64,000 nt of DNA from Oligoflexales bacterium (GTDB lineage: Bacteria > Bdellovibrionota_B > Oligoflexia > Oligoflexales > JALZUQ01): NCBI GenBank assembly GCA_023301465.1, contig JALZUQ010000001.1:105225-169224 (forward strand), written 5' to 3'. Position 1 is the first letter of the stretch, and each line of letters starts with the position of its first letter. The notes beneath the pieces are model-generated. The model did no database searches. It had not been told where the DNA came from and worked only from the letters and a program-made list of their open reading frames with translations. Shown piece after piece: positions 9,180-17,388 of this stretch. The translations under genes and the position numbers were made by a program.

Positions 9180-10598
9180 TTAGTCTTTAAGGTACTTACA
9201 GGCAACTTTTCGGTCAGAAAAAGGGCGTTTTTCTTTTCCTATGATTTGGTAGTCTTCGTGGCCTTTTCCAGCAATGAGAATTATGTCTTCTTTTTTTGCG
9301 TTTTTAATGGCGTGTGCAATAGCTTCTTCTCTGTTTTCAATAGACACAAAGGAGTCTTCTTTAAGGTTTTGAGAGACTTCTTGAATGATTGTAAGCGGGT
9401 TCTCTGTTCTTGGGTTGTCGCTGGTTATAATCATGTGATCAGATGATTGTGCTGCTTCAGCCATCAGTGGCCTTTTTGTAGAGTCTCTGTCACCACCACA
9501 ACCAAAGACAACCCATAGTTCGGAGGTCTTTACTTGGTTGAGGTTCTCGATTGCCTGTTGAAGTGCGTCTGGAGTATGGGCGTAGTCAATCATTACGGTT
9601 GGCTTGCCTTTGATCTGAATTTTTTCCATTCGCCCGAGTGGAGGCCCTAGTTTTGATAAGCTCTCATTTGTCAGGGTGATTCCTAAAGATTTCACTAGTA
9701 AGCATGATCCAACGATATTTTCTATTCCGTAATTGGTTAGCTCGTTTAAGGCCACATTTTGGTGCTCTTCAAAGCTCACTGTTGTGCCAAGAGTGCTTTT
9801 GTTGTGAAGTGATATAGGGTGCTCACTTTCTTTTGCAAAACCATAAGAAATAGAGTTTTTAATTTTATTTTGAATGCTTTGGCATTTAAAAATAGGGCCT
9901 GATGTTTGTTTTGAAAGGAGTAGTTTTGCTTGCCAATAATCGTCCATATTTTTATGAAGGTCTAAATGATCTTGAGAAAAACTAGTATAAAGGCTTGCTT
10001 GAAAATTGATTCCAGTAAATTTGCCGTGCAGAAGTCCTTGGGAAGAAGCTTCTAGCACAAGGTACTCAACTCCTTTGTCTACAAGGCTTTTAAGGAATTG
10101 ATAAAAAACAGGAGGGTCTGGTGAAGTGTGAGGAGTCTCTTTAAAAGATTTTCCATCTGTCGACAATCCCAAGGTTCCAATTTGACCAACCTTACGATTT
10201 GAAGAGCGGATTAGTTCAGCAATGTAGTGGCAAGTGCTGGTTTTTCCATTCGTACCAGTGATCCCAATAATGGTGAGTTGGTTTTGGGGAAACTCAAACC
10301 ACGCGGCAGCGAAGCTAGCCCAAACAGCTCTGGAGTCCTTTACGCGAAGCCAAGGAATATCATCGTTTTTTGGTGTGAATTTAGGGTCTTGAAAGATGAC
10401 CCCCCCTACTCCCTTTGTCATAACGTCTTTAATGAATTGGTGGCTATCTGTCTTTACGCCGCAATAAGCAATAAAGATCTTATCTTTAGTGACGTCTCTA
10501 GAGTCCACGGTTGTTTCGAGAAGGCTCATTGCACTACCGCTCGACTCAATAACTTGATCTTTGATTAGGCTGTGCAATGAACTTGGTATCGTCTTCAT
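9180..10598 (-). CDS. murE: UDP-MurNAc-L-Ala-D-Glu--2,6-diaminopimelate ligase MurE
   Basis: 472 aa. ITGTNGKTS P-loop and the DNPR (SDNPRTENP) motif associated with meso-DAP-adding MurE. Confidence 0.9.
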   Translation of the reverse strand: MKTIPSSLHSLIKDQVIESSGSAMSLLETTVDSRDVTKDKIFIAYCGVKTDSHQFIKDVMTKGVGGVIFQDPKFTPKNDDIPWLRVKDSRAVWASFAAAWFEFPQNQLTIIGITGTNGKTSTCHYIAELIRSSNRKVGQIGTLGLSTDGKSFKETPHTSPDPPVFYQFLKSLVDKGVEYLVLEASSQGLLHGKFTGINFQASLYTSFSQDHLDLHKNMDDYWQAKLLLSKQTSGPIFKCQSIQNKIKNSISYGFAKESEHPISLHNKSTLGTTVSFEEHQNVALNELTNYGIENIVGSCLLVKSLGITLTNESLSKLGPPLGRMEKIQIKGKPTVMIDYAHTPDALQQAIENLNQVKTSELWVVFGCGGDRDSTKRPLMAEAAQSSDHMIITSDNPRTENPLTIIQEVSQNLKEDSFVSIENREEAIAHAIKNAKKEDIILIAGKGHEDYQIIGKEKRPFSDRKVACKYLKD

Positions 10599-10663
10599 AT
10601 TACTCGTTTTTTTAAATTTTGATCACTCAACGCATATTCAGACTATGCGTATCACTTCTTTGT

Positions 10664-12388
10664 TTACCCTGCATCTTTATCAGGGTTTTTCCCTTTTGTG
10701 GAGATGTTTAAAGGTGTTGGCGGCAAGACGTTTAAATAGTTGAGGCTGGCTTTGGCGATTTTTTTGAAAACCGGTGCTGCCCAAAGACCACCGTAGTGGG
10801 GAGTTTTCCCGGGAGAGTCGATGACTACGCCTATGGTGAGGTGTGGGGAATCTTTAGTGGCTGTGTATCCAAAAAAGCTGGCCAAATAGTTGTCTTTTGA
10901 GTAGCCGCGAGTATTTGGGTCGGCCATTTGAGCAGTTCCGGTTTTTCCTCCCACGTGTACGGAGGACATTTTTGCATTTCGACCACTACCGTTTTGCACC
11001 ACCAACTCTAGCACCCCTTTGATTTGATCTGCCACTTCGGGCTCAAAAAGTTGTGTAAAGGTTGGTTTTTGTTGAAAGAGAATACTGCCGCTTTCGGTTT
11101 TAACTTGATTGAGTAGGTATGGGTTAAAATATCGACCTCCATTAGCAATCGCTGAAAAGGCACGAACTAATTCAATCGAGTTAGTCAAGAAGCCTTGTCC
11201 AAATGCAATGTTGGCAAATCGGATGGGCCGCCACTTTTTATAGTTACTTAGCCGGCCTTGTGTATAGCCTGGAAAATCAAATTTCCACTTTCTATCGCCT
11301 AACCCAAAATCAATGAGGTGTTCATAGTATTTTTGAGGCCCCATTTTTTCGGCGATTTTATAAGCACATACGTTGCTCGAATGAACAATAACATCTGTAA
11401 TGGTTGCGTCTTTAACAATATGAGTATCATTGATAGTGTGCTTACCAATTTGCATCTTTCCTTTGTCGCAGTTTATTTTTTGATTTAAAGTAACGGTTTT
11501 ATTTTGAAGAGCTCCCGTTAATAGCATTGCTTTTGTTAAGGAACCCGGTTCCCAGATATCCATAAATGCTCTATTTCGCATAAGCTTTTTAGGTTTGTTT
11601 GGGTTTGCCCAATAGTTTGCAGCAGCAAGAATAGCCCCTGTATTTGGGTCTGCAACGACAGCCCACCCACCCTTTGCAAGTGAGCGTTCAACACCCCAAT
11701 TAAGAGCTTCTTCAGCAATCTCTTGGATGACCTGGTCAATACTTAAGACTATGTTGTTACCGGGGTTTTCAGGTACAGCACTTTTTTGATCTAATAGAAT
11801 CCTTCTTCTAAGTGCATCAACTGTCGGGTTGATCTTGGTCACCTGTCCGCGTAGTTGTGTGTCGTATTTTTTTTCAATCCCTCCCTTGCCGTTGTTATCA
11901 ATGTCTACAAAGCCAAGAATTTCGGCTCCGCTTGATCCGTTCGGATAAACTCTGTGGGGTTCAATCTGAAATTTAAGCCCTTTAAGTTTTAATTTTTCAA
12001 CCTCTATGTGTGCTTTAGGCGATAGTTTTCTTTTTAAGTAGGCAAAAGCCTTTTTCTTTTTGATGGTTCTTTTTATTTTCGAAACTTTAACACCTAGGAT
12101 CTCAGCTAGTTTTTTTATTTCAGAGTTACTTGGCTTAAAGTTTCGATCAATGTAAGCGGAGTATCGTTGTACGCTAATTGCTAGTGCGTTGCCGTAACGA
12201 TCAAAAATATTACCGCGGTACTGAGCCACTTTAAGGTCTGTTTTATATTGTCTCGCAACTTTTTTGAGTTTAATGTGGTCTGCAAAATGACACAGATACA
12301 AAGCCCTTCCTGATAAAATGAAAAAGCCTGTAAAGATCATGCATATACAAACAATGATCCGCCCTTGCTTAGACTTTTGTTTATTCAT
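10664..12388 (-). CDS. ftsI: Class B penicillin-binding protein / division transpeptidase FtsI
   Basis: 574 aa. N-terminal TM anchor, then SLTK (SxxK), HSSN (SxN) and KTGT motifs. dcw position after ftsL. Confidence 0.85.
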   Translation of the reverse strand: MNKQKSKQGRIIVCICMIFTGFFILSGRALYLCHFADHIKLKKVARQYKTDLKVAQYRGNIFDRYGNALAISVQRYSAYIDRNFKPSNSEIKKLAEILGVKVSKIKRTIKKKKAFAYLKRKLSPKAHIEVEKLKLKGLKFQIEPHRVYPNGSSGAEILGFVDIDNNGKGGIEKKYDTQLRGQVTKINPTVDALRRRILLDQKSAVPENPGNNIVLSIDQVIQEIAEEALNWGVERSLAKGGWAVVADPNTGAILAAANYWANPNKPKKLMRNRAFMDIWEPGSLTKAMLLTGALQNKTVTLNQKINCDKGKMQIGKHTINDTHIVKDATITDVIVHSSNVCAYKIAEKMGPQKYYEHLIDFGLGDRKWKFDFPGYTQGRLSNYKKWRPIRFANIAFGQGFLTNSIELVRAFSAIANGGRYFNPYLLNQVKTESGSILFQQKPTFTQLFEPEVADQIKGVLELVVQNGSGRNAKMSSVHVGGKTGTAQMADPNTRGYSKDNYLASFFGYTATKDSPHLTIGVVIDSPGKTPHYGGLWAAPVFKKIAKASLNYLNVLPPTPLNISTKGKNPDKDAG

Positions 12389-12662
12389 TGGTTTTACTCT
12401 CTAAGAATGGTTTGGAGTTATTGGGGAGTATTTTTTTGGAGTATTTTTTAAGTTTGTATACTCTCATTAAACTAGAGAGTTCGTTTTCTAGTTCGGCGGT
12501 TTCTTGAAGCAGAGTTTTCTCTTTTTTCTTTAGCTCGCCAAGTTTATAGCCAATAAAGGTAATGCCTACTCGTTGAGATATTTTTGACATGCCTGCAAAA
12601 AACAACAAAAACATCATAGAAAATATAAAGATTAGTAAATTGATTCGCTTAAATCTTGTCAC
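12381..12662 (-). CDS. ftsL: Cell division protein FtsL-like (small bitopic coiled-coil protein)
   Basis: 93 aa with one TM helix followed by a charged coiled-coil segment. Lies between rsmH and ftsI, with an 8-nt overlap with ftsI. Confidence 0.55.
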   Translation of the reverse strand: MTRFKRINLLIFIFSMMFLLFFAGMSKISQRVGITFIGYKLGELKKKEKTLLQETAELENELSSLMRVYKLKKYSKKILPNNSKPFLESKTNE

Positions 12663-12701
12663 AACCCCACCCTACTATCATGCTAACAAATTATAAGACG
12701 G

Positions 12702-13658
12702 TTAGAGTTTTTCTAGGCACCGCAAACGAGCAGTTCGTGAACGTACGTTGCGTTTCGTCTCATCTTCGCCAGCTTTTGCTGGAAAAGGTTTGATTATTTT
12801 TGCCACCGTCTTACTTAATTGTCGCATAGAGTCGTCGGTGATGGGAAGTTTTTCTTGTAAAATGAGGGTCTTCGCTTTGCTAGGGCCCTTTTGCCAAAAT
12901 TTAAACTGCTCTTTTACGATTTTATCTTCAAGCGAATGAAAAGCAATAAATCCGAGTTTACCGCCTTTTTTCACTTGTTCGAATGATTGTTTTAGAAGTT
13001 TGCGGATCACCTCAAGCTCTCCGTTCACTTCTATTCTTATGGCTTGAAAGTGTTTTGCTGAAGGGTTGCGTCGCGAGTGTTTCCAGAGGTTTTGACTGAT
13101 CTCGTAGAAGTCCCCTACTGTTTCAAATGGTTTCTCTTCACGTTTTTCAAGGATTCTTTTAGATAAAAGGTGGGCTCTCGGTTCTTCTGAATACAGTCTA
13201 AAAATATTGGTGAGTTCTGTTCTGTTGTACTGGTTTAGTATGTCGGCCGCCGTTTTTGTTTTTTCTTGGTCATTCATTCGCATGTCGAGTTTTGCGTTTT
13301 TGTCTCTATAAGAAAACCCACGAATATCACCATCAAGTTGAGGGCTCGAAAGCCCAAAATCAGCAAATACTCCGTCCGGGTGAATATTTAAACCATTTAA
13401 AACAATAGATAAATTTTGAAAATTTGTGTGAATTAGTAATAATCTTTTCGATTGAAGCTCTTCTTTAAACTCCGATTTGGCGTGTTCAATAGCTTTATAG
13501 TCTTGATCGAGTGCAATTACTTGTCCCTTCTCCCCTACTCTATCGAGAAAACCCCTAGTATGGCCTCCCCTGCCAAACGTGCAGTCCACCCACACTTCAC
13601 CGGGTTTAACGTCAAGCATTGAGAAGGTTTCATTGTAAAGAACGGGTATGTGGCCCAC
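12702..13658 (-). CDS. rsmH: 16S rRNA (cytosine1402-N4)-methyltransferase RsmH (MraW)
   Basis: 318 aa. HIPVL start, DCTFGRGGH SAM-binding motif, DLGLSSPQLD. First gene of the dcw cluster here. Confidence 0.92.
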   Translation of the reverse strand: MGHIPVLYNETFSMLDVKPGEVWVDCTFGRGGHTRGFLDRVGEKGQVIALDQDYKAIEHAKSEFKEELQSKRLLLIHTNFQNLSIVLNGLNIHPDGVFADFGLSSPQLDGDIRGFSYRDKNAKLDMRMNDQEKTKTAADILNQYNRTELTNIFRLYSEEPRAHLLSKRILEKREEKPFETVGDFYEISQNLWKHSRRNPSAKHFQAIRIEVNGELEVIRKLLKQSFEQVKKGGKLGFIAFHSLEDKIVKEQFKFWQKGPSKAKTLILQEKLPITDDSMRQLSKTVAKIIKPFPAKAGEDETKRNVRSRTARLRCLEKL

Positions 13659-13760
13659 AAATTCCTCATATATATCAATAGGTTAGATTTCGCTCTGTTT
13701 GCTCCCCACTCTTAAGAGGGCGAGTATGAGGTTTACTTAACATCCTATTAGGCAAAAAAC

Positions 13761-13785
13761 ACCTACTCACCACACTTGAGTAGGT
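13761..13785. promoter_or_regulatory. 9-bp perfect inverted repeat ACCTACTCA-N7-TGAGTAGGT in the dcw upstream region
   Basis: Read directly from the sequence. The right arm is one of three TGAGTAR copies (13777, 13838, 13901), spaced 61 and 63 bp apart. Confidence 0.35.
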
Positions 13786-14248
13786 AATTTAACCCGATTT
13801 ATCTTTTTATAAAGTAATTTTAGCCTATTAACACATTTGAGTAAGCTTTGGGTGATCACGGTTTTTTTGGTAGTCAGACGTTTTTTGTTTAATGGTTTTC
13901 TGAGTAGACAGCAAATTTTTTTGCGTATGCAATTTTTTGAATAGTCATCAAATTTGATTAATCAAGTGACGTTGTTTTTTTGGGTGTGGGTTTTAAAATA
14001 TTTTTTTTAAAAAAAAATTTAGGAACGAAAAGTAGGAAATCATTTCACTTCCAAAAATATTTTTTTTGTGCATTCAATGTTTTTTAAAAGAATTGTGATG
14101 ACGCAAGGAGTGAATACTATTAAAGGATCATCGTTTATTTTATTTAAACTGAAATGATCAACAGAAGTAAGATCAATTTTCGTAATTAAGTTAAAGCAGT
14201 AAATTCCGAAAAATATATGGGAATTAATGTTAACTAAGATAGGAGGAG

Positions 14249-15391
14249 ATGCGAATGCGAGCTTTAAGTCGCTATCTGAGCATGTTGCTTCTCTTGTCAC
14301 TCATGCACTTTGGCCCAACGGCTTGTTCGAGCGCCCAGCAAGAACAAGGTTTACAGGGTGAAGAATACGAGCAGGGTGATCAAGAACAAGAGCAGCAGGG
14401 GCAGGAGCAAGAACAGCAGCAAGAGCAGGAAGAACAAGAACAACAACAGCAACAAGAACAAGAGGAACAAGAGCAGGGTGAGTACGACAACGAAAACTCA
14501 GAGCTCGAAAATGAAGACCTAAATGGAAATGAAGGTCAGCAAGCAAGTGAAGACGGCGATAATGCTGGTTTCAACAATCAATTGCAAAATAGTGATGACG
14601 AATTGCAACAGATTATTGAGCAGGAAAACGCTGGAAACGAGCTAGATGCTAACCAACAAGACTTCGAACAAAATCTTCAACAAAATGGCGAGCAGTTTGT
14701 AAACGATTCTGAGCAGAACGTAGATCAAACATTCAACAACGAACAAGTTGTCGAAGAAGAGCCAGTACAACAAGTAAGTGATCAAGGCGAGCAGTTTGTG
14801 AATAGTCAGCCTGTTCAAGAAAACACACTTGTAAACGAGCAAGTAGCAAATGAGCCACTATCAGCTGCAGCACCAACTGGAAACCTTCCAGAAATCGGAA
14901 CAACAATGTCATATATTGTTGAGCGTGGTGACACACTTGGTAAAATTGCAACGAAAATCTACGGTGATATTGGCAGATGGAGAGAGGTTATGAAGCTTTC
15001 AAACCTTGCAGATCCAAACAGAATCTATCCGGGAGACGTTGTTTATTATCAACTTGATGAGCAATCTCAAAGTTTTGCACAAGCTTACGAAAACACGCCG
15101 AAGTCTTCTACTACGGTACAACCAGGCGATACACTTGCAAAAATTGCAACAAACGTTTACGGAAACTCAAGTGCTTGGATGAACATCTGGCGTCAAAATG
15201 ATTGGATTAATGATCCAACAAAACTAACTGTTGGAAAAACGGTTTATTACATCAACCCAGGTCAAATTGTAGCAACACTTAAGTCACTTCGCGAAACAGC
15301 GAAAAACACTTTTGCTTACGCAAAAAAAGCAATTGAGCAAGCAGCTGAAGATAGCTTAAATATCACAGTGGAATTTGTTCATAACGGTTAA
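14249..15391 (+). CDS. Secreted/lipoprotein-like protein with long Gln/Glu/Asn-rich linker and two C-terminal LysM peptidoglycan-binding domains (alternative start ATG 14255, 8 nt after AGGAGG)
   Basis: Signal peptide ending GPTAC. Two LysM repeats (YIVERGDTLGKIATKIYG...PGDVVYY and TTVQPGDTLAKIATNVYG...VGKTVYY). Confidence 0.8.
   Translation: MRMRALSRYLSMLLLLSLMHFGPTACSSAQQEQGLQGEEYEQGDQEQEQQGQEQEQQQEQEEQEQQQQQEQEEQEQGEYDNENSELENEDLNGNEGQQASEDGDNAGFNNQLQNSDDELQQIIEQENAGNELDANQQDFEQNLQQNGEQFVNDSEQNVDQTFNNEQVVEEEPVQQVSDQGEQFVNSQPVQENTLVNEQVANEPLSAAAPTGNLPEIGTTMSYIVERGDTLGKIATKIYGDIGRWREVMKLSNLADPNRIYPGDVVYYQLDEQSQSFAQAYENTPKSSTTVQPGDTLAKIATNVYGNSSAWMNIWRQNDWINDPTKLTVGKTVYYINPGQIVATLKSLRETAKNTFAYAKKAIEQAAEDSLNITVEFVHNG
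14381..14476 (+). repeat. Degenerate trinucleotide (CAR/GAR)n tract encoding a poly-Gln/Glu run
   Basis: About 96 nt made almost only of CAA/CAG/GAA/GAG codons (QEQEQQGQEQEQQQEQEEQEQQQQQEQEEQEQ). It also produces spurious ORFs in other frames and on the other strand (14301-14546 minus, 14310-14522 plus). Confidence 0.8.
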
Positions 15392-15425
15392 TTTAAACTT
15401 AGGGAATGATCTGTACAATTAATGT

Positions 15426-15453
15426 GTTTCAAAAACAGCTTGTTTTAAGAAAC
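15426..15453. terminator. Imperfect AT-rich hairpin between convergent LysM and murU-like genes
   Basis: GTTTCAAAAACAG-C-TTGTTTTAAGAAAC, an imperfect palindrome lying between two convergent stop codons. Confidence 0.3.
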
Positions 15454-15474
15454 TAATCAAACAGTACGGAACTC

Positions 15475-16230
15475 TCACCCCTTTTTTTCATTCCATATAT
15501 CCCAGCCCCAAATATCATGAGCGAGAGAGCGAATCTTTTGGTTTTTAAGACCAAGGTCTTGTGCATTTAAATAGTCAGAATGCGAACCTAGGTCCTGCCA
15601 AAAACCTAAATGTTCAACCCCATAAATATCTTCATAACAACGTTTAAAAACATTCACTATATCAAAGTCATCAGGCTTGAAGTAGTTCAGCAGTCTTTTG
15701 TTTACGACATAGATGCCACAAAAAGAACGCTTTAATATGGGGTCGATGCTTTTATTTTCTCCGATGTGGAGTAGGCCGCCATTTTGAAAATAAACGGGAT
15801 TAGATACAAGGTTATGAGGGCGATACGCCATTGTTACGATAGCATTAGATTTATAATGGTGTTCTATTAATGCGTTATAATCAAGGTCGCAAATAATATC
15901 TCCGTTTGCAACCAGAGTGTTATCGCAGCTACTTTCTTTAAGAACTTTTAAGATGGTCCCGGCAGTTCCTAGAATAGTGGCTTCATGCATAAAACTAGTA
16001 TCTAAATGCAGACCCTCTAAAAAATTTTGTAGTTTGTGTGCTTGGTAATGCCCGTTTACAAAAATCTTTTCAGGCTTAAATTTTGAAACTTTTTCAAGGT
16101 TGTAGGAAATCATTGGAGCCCCTAAGTAGGGGATGAGAACTTTTGGAAGGTGTTCGGTAAGTGGGAGCAGTCTTTTCCCGAACCCAGCACCAAGTACCAA
16201 GGCATTAATTTTGAAAGTGTTTTTTGACAA
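15475..16230 (-). CDS. murU: Sugar-phosphate nucleotidyltransferase, MurU-like (N-acetylmuramate alpha-1-phosphate uridylyltransferase candidate)
   Basis: 251 aa. N-terminal LVLGAGFGKRLLPLTEHLPKVLIP nucleotidyltransferase signature. Overlaps the upstream kinase gene by 26 nt, the known amgK-murU pairing. Confidence 0.55.
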   Translation of the reverse strand: MSKNTFKINALVLGAGFGKRLLPLTEHLPKVLIPYLGAPMISYNLEKVSKFKPEKIFVNGHYQAHKLQNFLEGLHLDTSFMHEATILGTAGTILKVLKESSCDNTLVANGDIICDLDYNALIEHHYKSNAIVTMAYRPHNLVSNPVYFQNGGLLHIGENKSIDPILKRSFCGIYVVNKRLLNYFKPDDFDIVNVFKRCYEDIYGVEHLGFWQDLGSHSDYLNAQDLGLKNQKIRSLAHDIWGWDIWNEKKG

Positions 16231-17266
16231 TTTTAGGCAACTCTTTTGTTAGAAATGGGAATGCGTCAAGGGGTTCAATAGTGGAAACAGCTGGTAAAAC
16301 ATAGTCTAAATAAAGAGGCTTGTTTTTCTCAATCTTTAAATATCCAAAGGACCCAATGGCTTTTAGCTGTCTTTGTACAAGCATGATGAGTGACTGTGGT
16401 TTTACATTGTCAAACATATGATTGCTGGTTTGTTCTATTAGGTAAGAGCACGAGGCCTCAAATAAATTAACTCTTTGCTCTTTAGAAAGTGGGAGGTATG
16501 AGTCGAATACTAGAGAAACAAAGTCATAACAAGCTGGGCCGAGTCGAGCGTCTTGAAAGTCTATTAATGCATAGAGGTTTTCATCTTCCGTAACCATAAT
16601 GTTTCTGCTGTGGAAATCTCGGTGAGTAAAAACCTGAGGTAAGTCAGCAAGGTTTTTTGATAAAGAGTCTGCTTCTTGAAGGAAGAGATCATTTTCTTTA
16701 CGGTTGAACTTGTACTGTAGTACGCCCTCTACAAAGTTCTTTTTGAAAAACCTCAGTTCCCACATAAACCTGTCATAGTCGAAAGACCTTTGGGTCCAGC
16801 ACTCGGAATTGGTTTTTGAAATCGTTTGCATTTTTAATATTAAGTCTAAAGCAGGTTTGATGTTTTTCATGACATCGGCTGAGTTTAGTTCTTTGTTTAA
16901 AAATAAAGATTCTAACATTTGGTTTCCATAGTCTTCGATAATCAGTAAACCAAGTTCTTGAAGAGTGTGGAGTGGGCGGGGAGTAAGGATATTGTGCTTA
17001 TTTAAAATAGCTTCAATTTCAACCCATTCATATTTATTTTTTTTAAGTGCGGTAAAGTCCTTGTCCGCTAATTGCATTAAAACAAGAGTCTTTTCGTTGT
17101 CTGCAAGGGTAATTCGGTAATAGCTACGATCAGACCCGTCGCCGGCTAGCCAGCTTATTTCCAAAATTTTTAAGCCAGTTTTTTGCTCGATGGCAAACTT
17201 CCAGTCTTTTGGTGCTGGTTTGTTTATGGTTGCTCTTGACGTGATTTCCAAAAAAGGTCCAATCAA
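16205..17266 (-). CDS. amgK: Aminoglycoside-phosphotransferase-fold sugar kinase, AmgK-like (anomeric MurNAc/GlcNAc kinase candidate)
   Basis: 353 aa. HRDFHSRNIMV catalytic loop and IDFQDARLGP motif of the APH/choline-kinase fold. Paired with a MurU-like gene. Confidence 0.55.
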   Translation of the reverse strand: MIGPFLEITSRATINKPAPKDWKFAIEQKTGLKILEISWLAGDGSDRSYYRITLADNEKTLVLMQLADKDFTALKKNKYEWVEIEAILNKHNILTPRPLHTLQELGLLIIEDYGNQMLESLFLNKELNSADVMKNIKPALDLILKMQTISKTNSECWTQRSFDYDRFMWELRFFKKNFVEGVLQYKFNRKENDLFLQEADSLSKNLADLPQVFTHRDFHSRNIMVTEDENLYALIDFQDARLGPACYDFVSLVFDSYLPLSKEQRVNLFEASCSYLIEQTSNHMFDNVKPQSLIMLVQRQLKAIGSFGYLKIEKNKPLYLDYVLPAVSTIEPLDAFPFLTKELPKIVKKHFQN

Positions 17267-17302
17267 TAAGTTTGGTGTTTATTATATCCATCCACGAGTT
17301 GT

Positions 17303-17330
17303 CTTGCAAAATAGGGGTGTATCCCACTGT
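17303..17330 (+). promoter_or_regulatory. Possible sigma-32-type promoter upstream of rpoH (CTTGCAA-N13-CCCACTGT)
   Basis: Resembles the CTTGAAA-N13-15-CCCCATNT consensus, about 60 nt upstream of the rpoH start. Imperfect match. Confidence 0.25.
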
Positions 17331-17388
17331 TTTAGATCAAGAAAATGGAGGGTTGACCACAAAGCATACAGCGGTGTAGCTTACGGTA

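Noticed and set aside
348-13000. Numerous 60-113-aa plus-strand ORFs inside the dcw genes (for example 614-898, 8409-8615, 10227-10568, 12748-12939)
   Set aside because: These are shadow ORFs antisense to long, well-supported minus-strand genes. They have no RBS or recognisable motifs.
14040-14300. 86-aa minus-strand ORF in the dcw/LysM intergenic region, considered as a possible mraZ
   Set aside because: No similarity to MraZ (no SpoVT-AbrB-type DxxGR repeats) and no RBS. It overlaps the LysM start and RBS and lies in very AT-rich DNA. Probably spurious.
14301-14951. ORF-track entries on both strands inside the LysM gene (14301-14546 minus, 14310-14522 plus, 14642-14842 minus, 14733-14951 minus)
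   Set aside because: These are frame-shifted or antisense readings of the (CAR/GAR)n and other low-complexity DNA. Their products are compositionally absurd (poly-Leu/Val/Ala or poly-Lys/Asn/Ser), and they lie fully inside a well-supported LysM gene.
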